A stretch of DNA of 64,000 nt from an uncultured Bacteroidales bacterium (GCA_963821135.1 CAWGCR010000003.1:788959-852958); one strand, 5' to 3'; numbered from the stretch's first letter, positions 28,479 through 38,641 are shown. The notes: a model not told the origin generated them from the letters alone. Program-made: numbers and translations.

Positions 28479-29540
28479 TTATGATTCTTTCTTTACCATA
28501 TTTTTATCAAACAGAAGAGTCTCTTTTCTGTAGCCTAAGTCATCGTATTTGTATTGCTTTACAGCTACAGTATCATTTGGATTATTCATTAATTGCCGAT
28601 TTGCATCCAGAAATTTTTCCTCCAGCAGAGAACCTGATTCATCGTAGGAATACTGCGTAATTGGAATCATTTTTCCACCCACAAATTCATCATCCTGATC
28701 GTACATAGCACGCTCAATGACATATCCGTTTTCGTCTAATATATGGGAGAATTTAGCCCATCCCCAATATAAATTTGATAATTGTCCGGTGGTACTGTGC
28801 ACCGAGAATTGCAATAATCCTCCATTTTCATCCAACACAAAATCGAAATAAGATACGCCAATATTGCCACAGTTTTCAGCCGTACAATCATATAAAGCAT
28901 CCTTTTCGTAGTTTGCCATTCGTTTTATGCGACCATTTTCATCATATTCGAAACGCAATTCATAGAATGGACAGAATTCATTCAAGATAGTTTCTTCTCC
29001 GGCAAGTGTGTACCTGTTTTCCTTAATCATGCCTACTGGAGTTTTGCTCCAGGTATAGTACCCAATTTTGTTTCGGTTCTCAATGGAATCGCCCTCTTCG
29101 TTATAAAATCTCAGTCCTGTACGAAATCCCGATTCATCCATCTCGTATACCGATTTGAATACATTGCCTGCAACCGTAATGGGCTCATTATCGATATTGA
29201 AATAATGCCTGATCTCTTTATTGTCCTCATAGCTAATCACTACTTTGGCAGCACCCAAACGGGAATGTTCCATCAGGTTGGTATCCCTGCAGTGCTCCAC
29301 AGAAATAAGTCGCTTTTCATCATCGTAACTGAATTTGTAGTTGGTGGTGGTTTTGGCCTCTTCAGCAGATATTTTGTGCGTTCCCTGTATGGGATCCCAA
29401 GGAGATTCAGTAAACATCAAATGCCGAAAATGTTGCACTGATTCAAATTCAGAATCCTGTGTTCCCTGTTGTACACAAGAACCAATTAGTAGTGCAAATA
29501 CTCCCAACAGGAAGAATTGTACAATTTTATTGTTATTCAT
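28479..29540 (-). CDS. Hypothetical lipoprotein with YD-like repeats
   Basis: 353 aa. Lipobox LLIGSC. Recurrent Y-x-Y-D-x-x-G/K-R-h motifs: YKFSYDDEKRLISV, RFEYDENGRIKRM, QYSYDESGSLLEE, QYKYDDLGYRKET. Confidence 0.65.
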   Translation of the reverse strand: MNNNKIVQFFLLGVFALLIGSCVQQGTQDSEFESVQHFRHLMFTESPWDPIQGTHKISAEEAKTTTNYKFSYDDEKRLISVEHCRDTNLMEHSRLGAAKVVISYEDNKEIRHYFNIDNEPITVAGNVFKSVYEMDESGFRTGLRFYNEEGDSIENRNKIGYYTWSKTPVGMIKENRYTLAGEETILNEFCPFYELRFEYDENGRIKRMANYEKDALYDCTAENCGNIGVSYFDFVLDENGGLLQFSVHSTTGQLSNLYWGWAKFSHILDENGYVIERAMYDQDDEFVGGKMIPITQYSYDESGSLLEEKFLDANRQLMNNPNDTVAVKQYKYDDLGYRKETLLFDKNMVKKES

Positions 29541-29692
29541 TAGGTAATTTTTTAGTGAATATTAATTAGTTGGTAATAATAGTTAAGACAATATACAATA
29601 CCAAACTACTTAGGAATAAGTTTGTTAAAATTTATGCTTAGGCAGGTTTTCCATTTCATACCTGCCCATTATTACAAAATTTTCTTACTAGA

Positions 29693-29729
29693 ATCAAAAA
29701 AAGCCCTCCTGTTGGTACAAGGAAGGCTT
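29693..29729 (-). terminator. Rho-independent terminator downstream of the 29755..30492 gene
   Basis: 9-bp stem with one mismatch (29701-29709 / 29721-29729) and an 11-nt loop. On the minus strand it is followed by a T-run (plus-strand A-run 29693-29700). Confidence 0.6.
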
Positions 29730-29754
29730 GAAATTTTTATTGATTCAGAACAAT

Positions 29755-30492
29755 TTACCTGATAAACTCACTTGAATTCTGAAACTCAATACGTTTGGAA
29801 GATTCGCTCATTTGGTTAAAATAATAAGTGTCCGTCCAAATAAATGAACCATCATAAAAATCATCCACCTTTACTGCTATCGATAAAGAGTCGATACCCT
29901 GTTTATACAAACTGTTCATGTCGAATGAAACCAAACCATCATATGGATAACTGAAAGAATCTCCATTGTTATTGTGACGGAATTCCATAACCAGTCGTCC
30001 ATCCGCATCGAGAGAATCATTCGGATATTTGATCATATTCAGGTAATGAACCTGGTCTCTGCCGTAGTATGAAAAGTAAATATTCAAAAAATTATTACTG
30101 ATCCAGATGTCTTTTTCATGCACATGAATGGTATTATTTCCAATGCTGTCAGAAATTTCTTCCGTTAGCGTTATTACATCCTTTGTTAAAACCTTATCAA
30201 TCCCATGCACAGCCGAATGAATTACAGAATCATTATCTAAATCTGAACCATCAGAAAGCCAGGAATAGTATACAATTACACGGTCTCCATCATTGTATTC
30301 ACCAATATTTCCGGAGATCTCGGTTGGTATTACAACATCTCCATCGTCAAGGTTCACCTGAAAGTCTTCGCGGCCTTCGCCAGTCTTTTCATAAACACCC
30401 AATCGGTTGTGGTAATTATCGTATTCAAAATCGTTTTTGCTGCAAGCAAAAAGTAGTGTCACAGCAGCGAGGTATAAAAAGTAGTTTTTCAT
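29755..30492 (-). CDS. Hypothetical lipoprotein (possibly NigD-like; weak recollection only)
   Basis: 245 aa. Lipobox LLFACS. The size and beta-rich composition resemble Bacteroidales NigD-like lipoproteins, but no diagnostic motif was verified. Confidence 0.5.
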   Translation of the reverse strand: MKNYFLYLAAVTLLFACSKNDFEYDNYHNRLGVYEKTGEGREDFQVNLDDGDVVIPTEISGNIGEYNDGDRVIVYYSWLSDGSDLDNDSVIHSAVHGIDKVLTKDVITLTEEISDSIGNNTIHVHEKDIWISNNFLNIYFSYYGRDQVHYLNMIKYPNDSLDADGRLVMEFRHNNNGDSFSYPYDGLVSFDMNSLYKQGIDSLSIAVKVDDFYDGSFIWTDTYYFNQMSESSKRIEFQNSSEFIR

Positions 30493-30782
30493 TTTTTATG
30501 TTTTATTTTTTACTCTAATATTTGGTCCAGGCGAAGCCAGAACAAGCCCTTGCTAATAAAAATTCACTAGGGCAAACTGAAGCTTTCAATTACTATGCCA
30601 TAAAATATATTTCTACTGGAAAGGGAGTAAATAATCGCAAATTTCCTTTTAAATATGGGACCAGAAGCTTCTTCTCGATGTGTTAAATTTCACACATGCA
30701 TAATAAAGAATTGACGATTTGATTAGGTATAAAGATAATTTATGGTACCCCAAAGCCCTATAGAGTTTATTTTGGGATCGGA

Positions 30783-31736
30783 TTATTGATACCAGGGCTT
30801 AGCAATTATGCAATGATTGTGTTTTGAAGCAGCTTTGTTAAAGATGCGGTATTCTATCATTATCTCATGGGTTCCGTTTTGTGCATATCCCTGGATAAAA
30901 CTATGATCATAAGCATACCCAAGCCTTAAATTCGGAGTAATAAGAACTCCAGCTAAAAAACTCATTTGTCGGGAGGATCGTATGGTCATGCCAACATCCA
31001 GAATTTCCCTGGGACCTTTCATTAGCCCGGTTGAGTGTTTTAATCGAATAAATACATTGCCTTCAATAACGGAAAGATTTTGTCGATTCACCACTTGTAC
31101 GCCCAATTTATAATAGAATAGTTCTGAATTGTTGTTTTTATAGATCACATAAGCGTAACGATGATTTGAATTCAGGTACATTTCATCCGACTTGGCAATT
31201 GAGAATAAATGAGTAGAGGATAAACCAAAAATAAAACGACTACTTTGAAATTCCATCCCGGCATTGGCATCAGGACGAGTGATATTTTCCGAATTGTAAT
31301 TAACCGAGGGATCGTTAACGGTCTCAGCCTCAAAAAGCGAACCATTGACAGAACGATAGAATACCCCTCCGGATAAACCCAAGGAAAGGCACCATTCCCG
31401 GTCGTTCTCGATTCGAAAAGCATAGCTAAGCATGGGATTGAGTACCTGTGTTACTCCAATATTATCGCTTACAAATGATAAACCAAATGCCGATTGCAGC
31501 TTATGAATGTATTCTGATGCCTGCACATTATATACCCTGGGAGCCCCGTCAATACCCACCCACTGTTGACGTATATTAGAAAAAATATAGGCATAGTCGG
31601 TTCGGGCAATGAAGGCCGGATTGTACCCGGCACGGTTATACCAATGAGTAGACATACTTATGTCTGCCTGTGCCATAGCCTTTTTGCAGGGCATAAGACA
31701 AATAATCAACAGTATGAATACTATTAGTTGTCTCAT
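30783..31736 (-). CDS. PorP/SprF-family type IX secretion system membrane protein
   Basis: 317 aa with a signal peptide. N-terminal HWYNRAGYNPAFIA..FSNIRQQWVGIDGAP matches the PorP/SprF signature. It lies 10 nt downstream of a type B CTD cargo gene. Confidence 0.85.
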   Translation of the reverse strand: MRQLIVFILLIICLMPCKKAMAQADISMSTHWYNRAGYNPAFIARTDYAYIFSNIRQQWVGIDGAPRVYNVQASEYIHKLQSAFGLSFVSDNIGVTQVLNPMLSYAFRIENDREWCLSLGLSGGVFYRSVNGSLFEAETVNDPSVNYNSENITRPDANAGMEFQSSRFIFGLSSTHLFSIAKSDEMYLNSNHRYAYVIYKNNNSELFYYKLGVQVVNRQNLSVIEGNVFIRLKHSTGLMKGPREILDVGMTIRSSRQMSFLAGVLITPNLRLGYAYDHSFIQGYAQNGTHEIMIEYRIFNKAASKHNHCIIAKPWYQ

Positions 31737-31746
31737 TAAATTGCAA

Positions 31747-33843
31747 TTACCTTACTAGTGTCAGGTATCCCTTTATTTGTTGCTCCTGTTCTTCCCTGTT
31801 GGAATAGTTAATTGTATAAAAGTAAGTATCCGGATTAGCAGGTTGTCCTTTATACCTGCCATCCCAACCATCAGTTCCTTCGTATAATACAAGTCCTTGC
31901 CTATCGAATATCTGCACTTGAAAGCCAGGCATAAAAACATCGTTTATCCCATCCTCGTTAGGCGAAAATACATTTGGAACAAAGGGAACTACATCTACAA
32001 TTTCGGAAGAACTATTCTTACAACCATACTTATCAGTTGCCTCCAGTGTTATGGTGTAGTATAGTGTAGGGCCCGAAATAGTATAGTTGTGTTGAATAGA
32101 AGATCCTGTCTGCGTAGTGCCGTCTCCCATGTCCCACTCATACTGCACATCGGTTTGAGCAGGAATATTGCCCGTAAGTTCATTATGTCTACTATCCAGG
32201 GTATAGTCTGAAAGCGTGAACTCAACTTCGGGAGGTGGAGATTCAATAACATTGAAAGTACTCGTTTTTTCACACCCCCGTTTGTTTTTCCCTGTACTAA
32301 TAAATGTTCCGGACGTGGAGACTGGAATTGAACCTGATGTTTCTCCTGTACTCCAAAGATAAGTATCTGCTCCTGAAGTTATTAGAATAGTACTTTCCCC
32401 TACGCATAGAGCTGTATCGCCTTCCGCTAGAAATTCCCAGTCCGGTTCTTCACCTATTGATCTATTGGTGGTATCTGAAATGCATCCTGTACTTGAACGG
32501 CCTACTAACCAAAAATCGCCTCCCGGGTGACTTATTTCAATGGAATCTTCTGTGGAGCCATTACTCCATGTGTATTCGTATGCCCCATAAGCACTTAAGA
32601 AAACACTCTGATCGGGGCAATAGGTAGAATCACCTGCAATGCCAACCAGAGAGGGGGAAAAGGATTCAACTTCTTTATTAAGAACTGCGATGCAGCTTGA
32701 GGGCGGATTGAACAGCGTCAGACTTACATCATGGATACCTGAAGTGGAAAATGTATATCGAGGATTTTTTTCACTGGAGGTATTCCCATCTCCAAAATCC
32801 CACAAATATGATAATATGCCCTGGTTAGTACTAGATAAGTTAGTAAGCTGTACGGTGTTAGAATTACAATCAAGCATGGAAGATCCATAAACTGCAATGG
32901 GAGTATATCTGGCAACCTTAGAGCTAAGTGTAACCTCACAACCTGTTGCAGAAGTCATTGAACAGCTGTAAATAGCCCCTTCAACCGGATCTGTAATATC
33001 CAGTATCTGTAATGTATCGATAATAGTACCATTGCTATCTGTCCAACTATAGCGTTCAAATCCTTCAGGAGCTGTGAGCAAGGCAACTGAATCTGCCGTA
33101 CAATACCTCAAAGTAATATTTAAAGGCTGGCATGAAGCAACAAAATAAGCATATCCCATATGATACGTCTGGGCACAATCGGCTGTCATAAATTCAATTG
33201 TAATGGTTTGCCCCAAATAATTCAAAAGATTCACTCCCACTGTGGTCCAGTCTCTCCACATTATCTCATCTTGTCCATCCGGTGTAACATAGAAATTAAA
33301 TCCTTCAATATCCTCATTGGAAGCATATACATCATAATTTGCACAATCGGGTATGGTATCGCCAATTTCATCATATAACCTGAACTGAAAACGTGGTTCT
33401 TCAACCGGGGAATGGTCGTCGGCAAATTCCAATACCAATGCAAATTTTAATACAAGGAATGCATTTGCCGAATCAATAGTCATCGTGTACCTTAAATTTT
33501 GGTTCCAGCAGCGGGCACTTCCGGAATAGGGAGTTCTAATGGCATCACCCAGGCGTGCGGAATATTGGTATCCTGGAGGAATTAGTTTAAGTTCACCTCC
33601 TGTGAAAGGATCATAGCCTTCAGTATCCGTAATAATTGTTTGTCTTCTTTCTAATAAACCTGCCACCGGTAGAGTGGTTACTTCCGGATGCTCAACGCTA
33701 TATGTCCAGGTATACCCTTCCCAATTGGTAAAGTCTCCCAGTTCAAATCCAAGGTTTTGGCAATTTGGATTCTGTGATACAACAGGCGTCCATGTCAGCA
33801 AAGCAATAAGGAAGAAGAATGAGAATGTCTTTATTTCTTTCAT
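31747..33843 (-). CDS. T9SS cargo with PKD domains and type B (gliding-motility-associated) C-terminal sorting domain
   Basis: 698 aa with a signal peptide. PKD-like YLWDFGDGNTSSEKNPRYTFSTSGIHDVSLTL and YEWDMGDGTTQTGSSIQHNY. C-terminal VPNVFSPNEDGINDVFMP..GWDGRYKGQPANPDTYFYTINY. Confidence 0.85.
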   Translation of the reverse strand: MKEIKTFSFFFLIALLTWTPVVSQNPNCQNLGFELGDFTNWEGYTWTYSVEHPEVTTLPVAGLLERRQTIITDTEGYDPFTGGELKLIPPGYQYSARLGDAIRTPYSGSARCWNQNLRYTMTIDSANAFLVLKFALVLEFADDHSPVEEPRFQFRLYDEIGDTIPDCANYDVYASNEDIEGFNFYVTPDGQDEIMWRDWTTVGVNLLNYLGQTITIEFMTADCAQTYHMGYAYFVASCQPLNITLRYCTADSVALLTAPEGFERYSWTDSNGTIIDTLQILDITDPVEGAIYSCSMTSATGCEVTLSSKVARYTPIAVYGSSMLDCNSNTVQLTNLSSTNQGILSYLWDFGDGNTSSEKNPRYTFSTSGIHDVSLTLFNPPSSCIAVLNKEVESFSPSLVGIAGDSTYCPDQSVFLSAYGAYEYTWSNGSTEDSIEISHPGGDFWLVGRSSTGCISDTTNRSIGEEPDWEFLAEGDTALCVGESTILITSGADTYLWSTGETSGSIPVSTSGTFISTGKNKRGCEKTSTFNVIESPPPEVEFTLSDYTLDSRHNELTGNIPAQTDVQYEWDMGDGTTQTGSSIQHNYTISGPTLYYTITLEATDKYGCKNSSSEIVDVVPFVPNVFSPNEDGINDVFMPGFQVQIFDRQGLVLYEGTDGWDGRYKGQPANPDTYFYTINYSNREEQEQQIKGYLTLVR

Positions 33844-33977
33844 GGTCTCAATTAGTTTTTAAAAATACTTAATTTTAATTCAATACATATGAACCTGTGA
33901 ATTGTAAATTGATTTTGCAGGTTCTAATCCTCCCTTTATAAGGTGTATAATTATGCAAATGAATATGTCATAATTAC

Positions 33978-33985
33978 TATCTTTG
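33978..33985 (+). promoter_or_regulatory. Bacteroidota-type -7 promoter box TAnnTTTG
   Basis: Exact TATCTTTG 18 nt upstream of the ATG at 34004. It overlaps the track's TTG start at 33983. Confidence 0.35.
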
Positions 33986-34003
33986 CTGAAATTTATCCTT
34001 TGC

Positions 34004-34786
34004 ATGAAGAAACGTATCGAAGATCTCACAGTAATCGAAAACAAAAGGCTCAATGATGAATTTTTTGTATTGCGATTGCATTCCAACGATACTTTCTCTG
34101 AAATTTTACCCGGACAATTTGCCGAAGTAAGAGTTGATGGTAACCCATCCACTTTTCTGCGCCGACCTATTTCAATTTATGATATTGATTATAGGACCAA
34201 TGAAATTTTTCTCCTGATAAAAATAGCTGGTGATGGCACAAGGCAGCTGTCTCAGCTTAATTCAGGTGATAAACTAAACCTGGTGTATCCACTTGGCAAT
34301 AGCTTTTCGAAACCTGCAGGTAAAAGAGTTCTGCTTATTGGTGGCGGAACTGGCGTTGCCCCTATGCTCATACTTGGAAAATACCTCAAAGAAAAGCACA
34401 ATATTGAGCCTCATTTTTTATTGGGTTACCGGTCGGATAAGTTAATTATTGAGCAAGAGAAATTCGAGGCTGTTGGCAAGGTTCACCTTACTACCGAGAA
34501 TGGTTCAGCAGGACACAAGGGTTTTGTGATCGACCACTCTATCCTGGATCAGGAGTATCCGGGTTTCGATATGATCTATACCTGTGGTCCAGAAATTATG
34601 ATGAAAGCCGTAGCGAAGAAAGCTAAAGAAATGAAAATACCTTGCGAAGTGTCGCTTGAAAACCTTATGGGTTGCGGCATTGGCGCCTGTTTATGTTGCA
34701 TTGTTGATACGGTGGATAAAGGAAATGTAAATACCTGTACCGAAGGACCCATATTTAATGCATCCCGATTGAAATGGCAGATCTGA
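34004..34786 (+). CDS. pyrK: Dihydroorotate dehydrogenase B electron-transfer subunit
   Basis: About 260 aa. FAD motif [11 protein letters not shown] motif [12 protein letters not shown]-terminal 2Fe-2S Cys cluster [13 protein letters not shown]. It overlaps pyrD by 13 nt. Confidence 0.9.
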   Translation: MKKRIEDLTVIENKRLNDEFFVLRLHSNDTFSEILPGQFAEVRVDGNPSTFLRRPISIYDIDYRTNEIFLLIKIAGDGTRQLSQLNSGDKLNLVYPLGNSFSKPAGKRVLLIGGGTGVAPMLILGKYLKEKHNIEPHFLLGYRSDKLIIEQEKFEAVGKVHLTTENGSAGHKGFVIDHSILDQEYPGFDMIYTCGPEIMMKAVAKKAKEMKIPCEVSLENLMGCGIGACLCCIVDTVDKGNVNTCTEGPIFNASRLKWQI

Positions 34787-35685
34787 TAACAAAAATTGGC
34801 GATATTGAATTTAAAAACCCGGTAATGACTGCATCGGGCACTTTTGGATTCGGTCCTGAATACGAAGATTTTATCGACCTTTCAAAACTAGGTGCCATCC
34901 TTGTAAAAGGAATTACAGGGGAAGAACGACAAGGGAATCCCTATCCCCGTATGGCCGAAACCCCCTCGGGAATGCTAAACGCGGTTGGTTTGCAGAACAA
35001 GGGAATTGATTATTTTGTAGAGCATATCTACCCTGAAATTTCAAAATACGATACAGAGATCATTGTGAATGTAAACGGTGGCACCATTAATGAATACTGT
35101 GAGGTTGCCTCGAAAGTGGATCAGCTTGAAAAAATTAAAGCCATTGAACTAAATATCTCCTGTCCGAATGTTAAAGAAGGAGGAATGATATTTGGAACAC
35201 ATTGTCCTTCAGCAATTGCCGTTACTAAGGCCGTACGTGATGCATACAGTAAGCATATCATGGTTAAACTATCACCCAATGTAACTCATATTGCCGAATT
35301 TGCTAAAGCCGTTGAGGATAGTGGAGCCGACTCAATATCATTAATCAATACCCTCCTGGGTATGGCTATCGATGTGCATACCAGGAAACCTAAGCTATCC
35401 ACAATTACCGGGGGACTTTCTGGTCCTGCTGTTAAACCAGTGGCAATCCGAATGGTCTGGCAGGTAGCACAGACCGTTAAAATACCTGTTATTGGAATGG
35501 GTGGTATCATGAATGCCGACGATGCCATTGAATTCTTCCTGGCAGGTGCCTCTGCTATACAGGTAGGTACTGCAAACTTTATCGATCCTGCTGTTACTAT
35601 GAAGATCTTGGAGGGTATTGAGGAGTACCTGGATAGGAATGACTATAACAGTATTAGTGAGATTATCGGTGCAATGAAAGCCTAA
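34774..35685 (+). CDS. pyrD: Dihydroorotate dehydrogenase, class 1B catalytic subunit
   Basis: 303 aa. [27 protein letters not shown] (catalytic Cys), VIGMGGI. Confidence 0.92.
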   Translation: MADLITKIGDIEFKNPVMTASGTFGFGPEYEDFIDLSKLGAILVKGITGEERQGNPYPRMAETPSGMLNAVGLQNKGIDYFVEHIYPEISKYDTEIIVNVNGGTINEYCEVASKVDQLEKIKAIELNISCPNVKEGGMIFGTHCPSAIAVTKAVRDAYSKHIMVKLSPNVTHIAEFAKAVEDSGADSISLINTLLGMAIDVHTRKPKLSTITGGLSGPAVKPVAIRMVWQVAQTVKIPVIGMGGIMNADDAIEFFLAGASAIQVGTANFIDPAVTMKILEGIEEYLDRNDYNSISEIIGAMKA

Positions 35686-35700
35686 TAGATTTTAAACCAA

Positions 35701-35730
35701 AACCTAACAGGTTTTAGAACCTGTTAGGTT
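35701..35730. terminator. Strong bidirectional hairpin between convergent pyrD and the blaR1-like gene
   Basis: Perfect 12-bp stem AACCTAACAGGT (35701-35712) / ACCTGTTAGGTT (35719-35730) with a 6-nt loop. Confidence 0.75.
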
Positions 35731-35822
35731 GTTTGTAAAATCAACTCTCTTTTTTATCTAATACAAACTGAATGGGGAAAGTGTATTGCACTTTGACGGG
35801 TTTTCCCTCTTTCATACCAGGT

Positions 35823-37031
35823 TCAAAGTCGCCTAATGGTTTGTACTACACGTATGGCTTCATTTTCAAGATCGCTCATTGCCTCAGGATCTATTTCCGC
35901 ATCTTTTTCGGGTTCATACCCAACAACCACAATTTCTCCATTTATATTTTCCAATACATCAGAGCGTTCAACTTTCACCCGGGTAACTTTTCCCTTTTCA
36001 TCCACCACAAAGCTGACAAAGATCTTTGCAGAAAGTTTACTGGCTTTTGCTGATTCAGGATAGGTAATGTTCTCTGCTATATGCTTGCGAATAGCAGGAA
36101 TACCTCCAGGGTACTCAGGCATTTCTTCAACCTGGTCATGCATCAGTACATCATTTTCCTGTGCAATAATATCGGGCTGAACAATAAATAACATGACTGT
36201 GATTAACATTAAAGGAATTGATACCCAATAGTGCAGTCGTTGCCATGCTTTTGATTTATTTTTAGTCATCATCGTAATTCGTTTTTTTAATAAAGAATGA
36301 TTAAAATGGTTAATCAGTACCAGGGGTGAAAATCCAATTGCCCGTTCGAATAACAATTGCTGGTAACCGATTAAATCATGACCCTTTTCCAAAACATATT
36401 TATCTGCTGAATACTCGTGCTGCGATCTGAGTGCAAACTGCAAGAGCCAGACGAATGGATTATACCATTGGAAAATTACAATCAATTCTATGATAATGCT
36501 ATCCATTGAATGCAATTGCCGACGATGAGCCAGTTCATGAAGAACGACTTCATTGGTATCGTTATTCAAATCCGTTTCAGAAATAAACAGCGTATTGAAA
36601 AAAGTGAAAGAGGATTGATCTCCCTCCAGAACAACGGTTTTATAACCCTTGTAATTTGTTTTGGGAAACCGAAAGTAGAAAAATATAATCCTGGCCAGAT
36701 TATTGAAAAAACGGAACACCAAAAAAGTAATCCCGCTAATATAAATTATCAAAAATATTTGAAGTATGCTTAATGAGTTTGTTGATGCATCTGACAATGT
36801 ATCCGCACTGATAATAATGGGTGAGAGTGTTGACGTCACCGGATTGCCAATTGGTACAAGTTGGGATTCTATTCGAAAAAGGGGCAGCAAGACCATTTGT
36901 GCCAAAGCCAGCAGTATATAGGTCCGGTTTAATTTATAAAATGTACTGGTTCTGAGAAATAACCAATAAAATAAATAGTAGATGGCTCCTATAAGCACAG
37001 ATTTTAGTATGTAGATCTCAAGGTTATGCAT
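35823..37031 (-). CDS. BlaR1-like M56 metallopeptidase sensor fused to a TonB C-terminal domain
   Basis: 402 aa. TM helices, zinc motif VLHELAHRRQLH, C-terminal EEMPEYPGGIPAIRKHIAENITYPESAKASKLSAKIFVSFVVDEKGKV (TonB_C-like). Confidence 0.85.
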   Translation of the reverse strand: MHNLEIYILKSVLIGAIYYLFYWLFLRTSTFYKLNRTYILLALAQMVLLPLFRIESQLVPIGNPVTSTLSPIIISADTLSDASTNSLSILQIFLIIYISGITFLVFRFFNNLARIIFFYFRFPKTNYKGYKTVVLEGDQSSFTFFNTLFISETDLNNDTNEVVLHELAHRRQLHSMDSIIIELIVIFQWYNPFVWLLQFALRSQHEYSADKYVLEKGHDLIGYQQLLFERAIGFSPLVLINHFNHSLLKKRITMMTKNKSKAWQRLHYWVSIPLMLITVMLFIVQPDIIAQENDVLMHDQVEEMPEYPGGIPAIRKHIAENITYPESAKASKLSAKIFVSFVVDEKGKVTRVKVERSDVLENINGEIVVVGYEPEKDAEIDPEAMSDLENEAIRVVQTIRRL

Positions 37032-37422
37032 TGCTTCCCTCCTCTTTATTGATTTTTTTGGATTCCAATTGATGGTTCAATATACCGATCATTTCTTCCA
37101 GTTCATTCACCGAAAGATTTTCATTCCTGGTAAAGAACGAGACCATGTTTTTATAGGAATCAGAGAAATAATTACGTATAAAACCTTTCATAAATCCCTT
37201 GGTATACGACTCTTTTGAGACCAGAGGAAAATACTCATGTGTTTTTCCATATGAGGTGTACGACACGAAACCCTTTTTCACAAGGATGCGCACTATGGTC
37301 GATACCGTATTGTAAGCCGGCTTGGGTTCGGGCAACTCATCGACAATGTCATTAACAAATCCCTTTTGCAGGTTCCATAAAATCTGCATGATCTGTTCCT
37401 CTGCTTTTGTTAGTTCTTTCAT
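37024..37422 (-). CDS. BlaI/MecI/CopY-family transcriptional repressor
   Basis: 132 aa. LTKAEEQIMQILWNLQKGFVNDIVDELPEPKPAYNTVSTIVRILVKKGFV winged helix. It overlaps the blaR1-like gene by 8 nt. Confidence 0.9.
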   Translation of the reverse strand: MKELTKAEEQIMQILWNLQKGFVNDIVDELPEPKPAYNTVSTIVRILVKKGFVSYTSYGKTHEYFPLVSKESYTKGFMKGFIRNYFSDSYKNMVSFFTRNENLSVNELEEMIGILNHQLESKKINKEEGSNA

Positions 37423-37427
37423 AGTAT

Positions 37428-37498
37428 AACTAAAAGTTTAGTTAATCTACGGACAAACATACAACTAATTATTTAGTTAAACAACTAATTTGTTAGTT
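37428..37498 (-). promoter_or_regulatory. Three 16-bp dyads AACTAA-N4-TTAGTT (candidate BlaI-like operators)
   Basis: AACTAAAAGTTTAGTT (37428-37443, perfect 7+7), AACTAATTATTTAGTT (37463-37478, 7 of 8 pairs), AACTAATTTGTTAGTT (37483-37498, 6 of 8 pairs). All lie within 80 nt upstream of the repressor start codon at 37422. Confidence 0.6.
37454..37461 (-). promoter_or_regulatory. Bacteroidota-type -7 promoter box TAnnTTTG (minus strand)
   Basis: Plus-strand CAAACATA corresponds to minus-strand TATGTTTG, 32 nt upstream of the ATG at 37422 and bracketed by the dyads. Confidence 0.4.
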
Positions 37499-37516
37499 TA
37501 ATTTAACAATTAAAAC

Positions 37517-38641
37517 TTAAATTCCTTTCCACCAATGATTTACAGGGGTATTTTCTGTTGGAGAAAATGACTCACCTATCCGCGGGGTTGTAACTTGCAC
37601 GTCCAGTTCCTGAGCTTTTTGGGTTAAACGATTTATAGGTTCCTTCCATGGATGAAAAGCCAGGTTGTACTTACTCCAGTGAATGGGCAATAAAACTTCA
37701 CCCTTCAGATCGATATGTGCCTGAACCGTTTCTTCCGGAAGCATATGAATGTAGGGCCAATACTTGCCGTAAGCTCCGGATTCCATCAGGGTGATAGTAA
37801 ATGGGCCATACTTCTCACCTATTTCCTTAAAGTGGTTTCCATATCCGGAGTCTCCACAATAGAATACACTTTTCTCCGCTTGCCGGATAATCCAGGAGCT
37901 CCATAGGGTTTTGTTATCCTGCTTTCTCCTGCCTGAGAAATGTTGCGCAGGAGTGCAGATGAACTGTAATCCAGAAACTTCATTATGGTCCCACCAGTCG
38001 GATTCAACTATTTTCTCAGATGGAACACCCCATTTCATTAGATGATCTCTTATGCCCAGTGGAACAATAAATCTTTTTACGCCCGCCTGAATCTGTTTAA
38101 TCGTATGATAATCCAGGTGATCAAAATGATCATGTGAGATCAGTACAATATCAATTGCCGGCAAATCGTCAACTGTAATGGTCTGGGTGGTTGGGAATTG
38201 CTTTGGCCCAATGAATGATACAGGGGAAGCCCGCTTGCTAAATACAGGATCCGTAATTATGGTAGTACCACTCATCCGAATAAGTAAAGTTGAATGCCCA
38301 AGCCAAATTAATGATAAGTCATCGCTCAGTGTATCATTTCCAAAGTGGGGCAAACTGGATGGCAGAGGTATATCAGGTAGTCTGTTGGGATTTTTTCCGA
38401 ATTGCTGTTTAATCATCTTCCCGTATGATTTGGGCAAAATAACCGGTTTGTTTTCGGCATTTGAGAATTTCCCTCCGGAGTATATGCTGTTAACAGCAAG
38501 TTTTTCCAGGCGTTCCTTTGAAGGCTTCGCTCCAAACTGGGGTGCAAGTATAAAGAAGAGATTAACAGCAACCATGAGAAGAAGCAGTAAAACAATAATT
38601 TTCAGTACTATCATCAATCGTCGTTTTCTTTGTTTATGCAT
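37517..38641 (-). CDS. Membrane-anchored MBL-fold metallo-hydrolase (NAPE-PLD-like)
   Basis: 374 aa. N-terminal TM helix. HxHxDH motif LISHDHFDHLD. Confidence 0.8.
   Translation of the reverse strand: MHKQRKRRLMIVLKIIVLLLLLMVAVNLFFILAPQFGAKPSKERLEKLAVNSIYSGGKFSNAENKPVILPKSYGKMIKQQFGKNPNRLPDIPLPSSLPHFGNDTLSDDLSLIWLGHSTLLIRMSGTTIITDPVFSKRASPVSFIGPKQFPTTQTITVDDLPAIDIVLISHDHFDHLDYHTIKQIQAGVKRFIVPLGIRDHLMKWGVPSEKIVESDWWDHNEVSGLQFICTPAQHFSGRRKQDNKTLWSSWIIRQAEKSVFYCGDSGYGNHFKEIGEKYGPFTITLMESGAYGKYWPYIHMLPEETVQAHIDLKGEVLLPIHWSKYNLAFHPWKEPINRLTQKAQELDVQVTTPRIGESFSPTENTPVNHWWKGI

Noticed and set aside
33880-34152. 90-aa minus-strand ORF overlapping the pyrK start
   Set aside because: It is antisense to pyrK and its promoter, with no motifs, so it is a shadow ORF. 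The same judgement applies to 35772..36053 and 35836..36063 opposite the blaR1-like gene.
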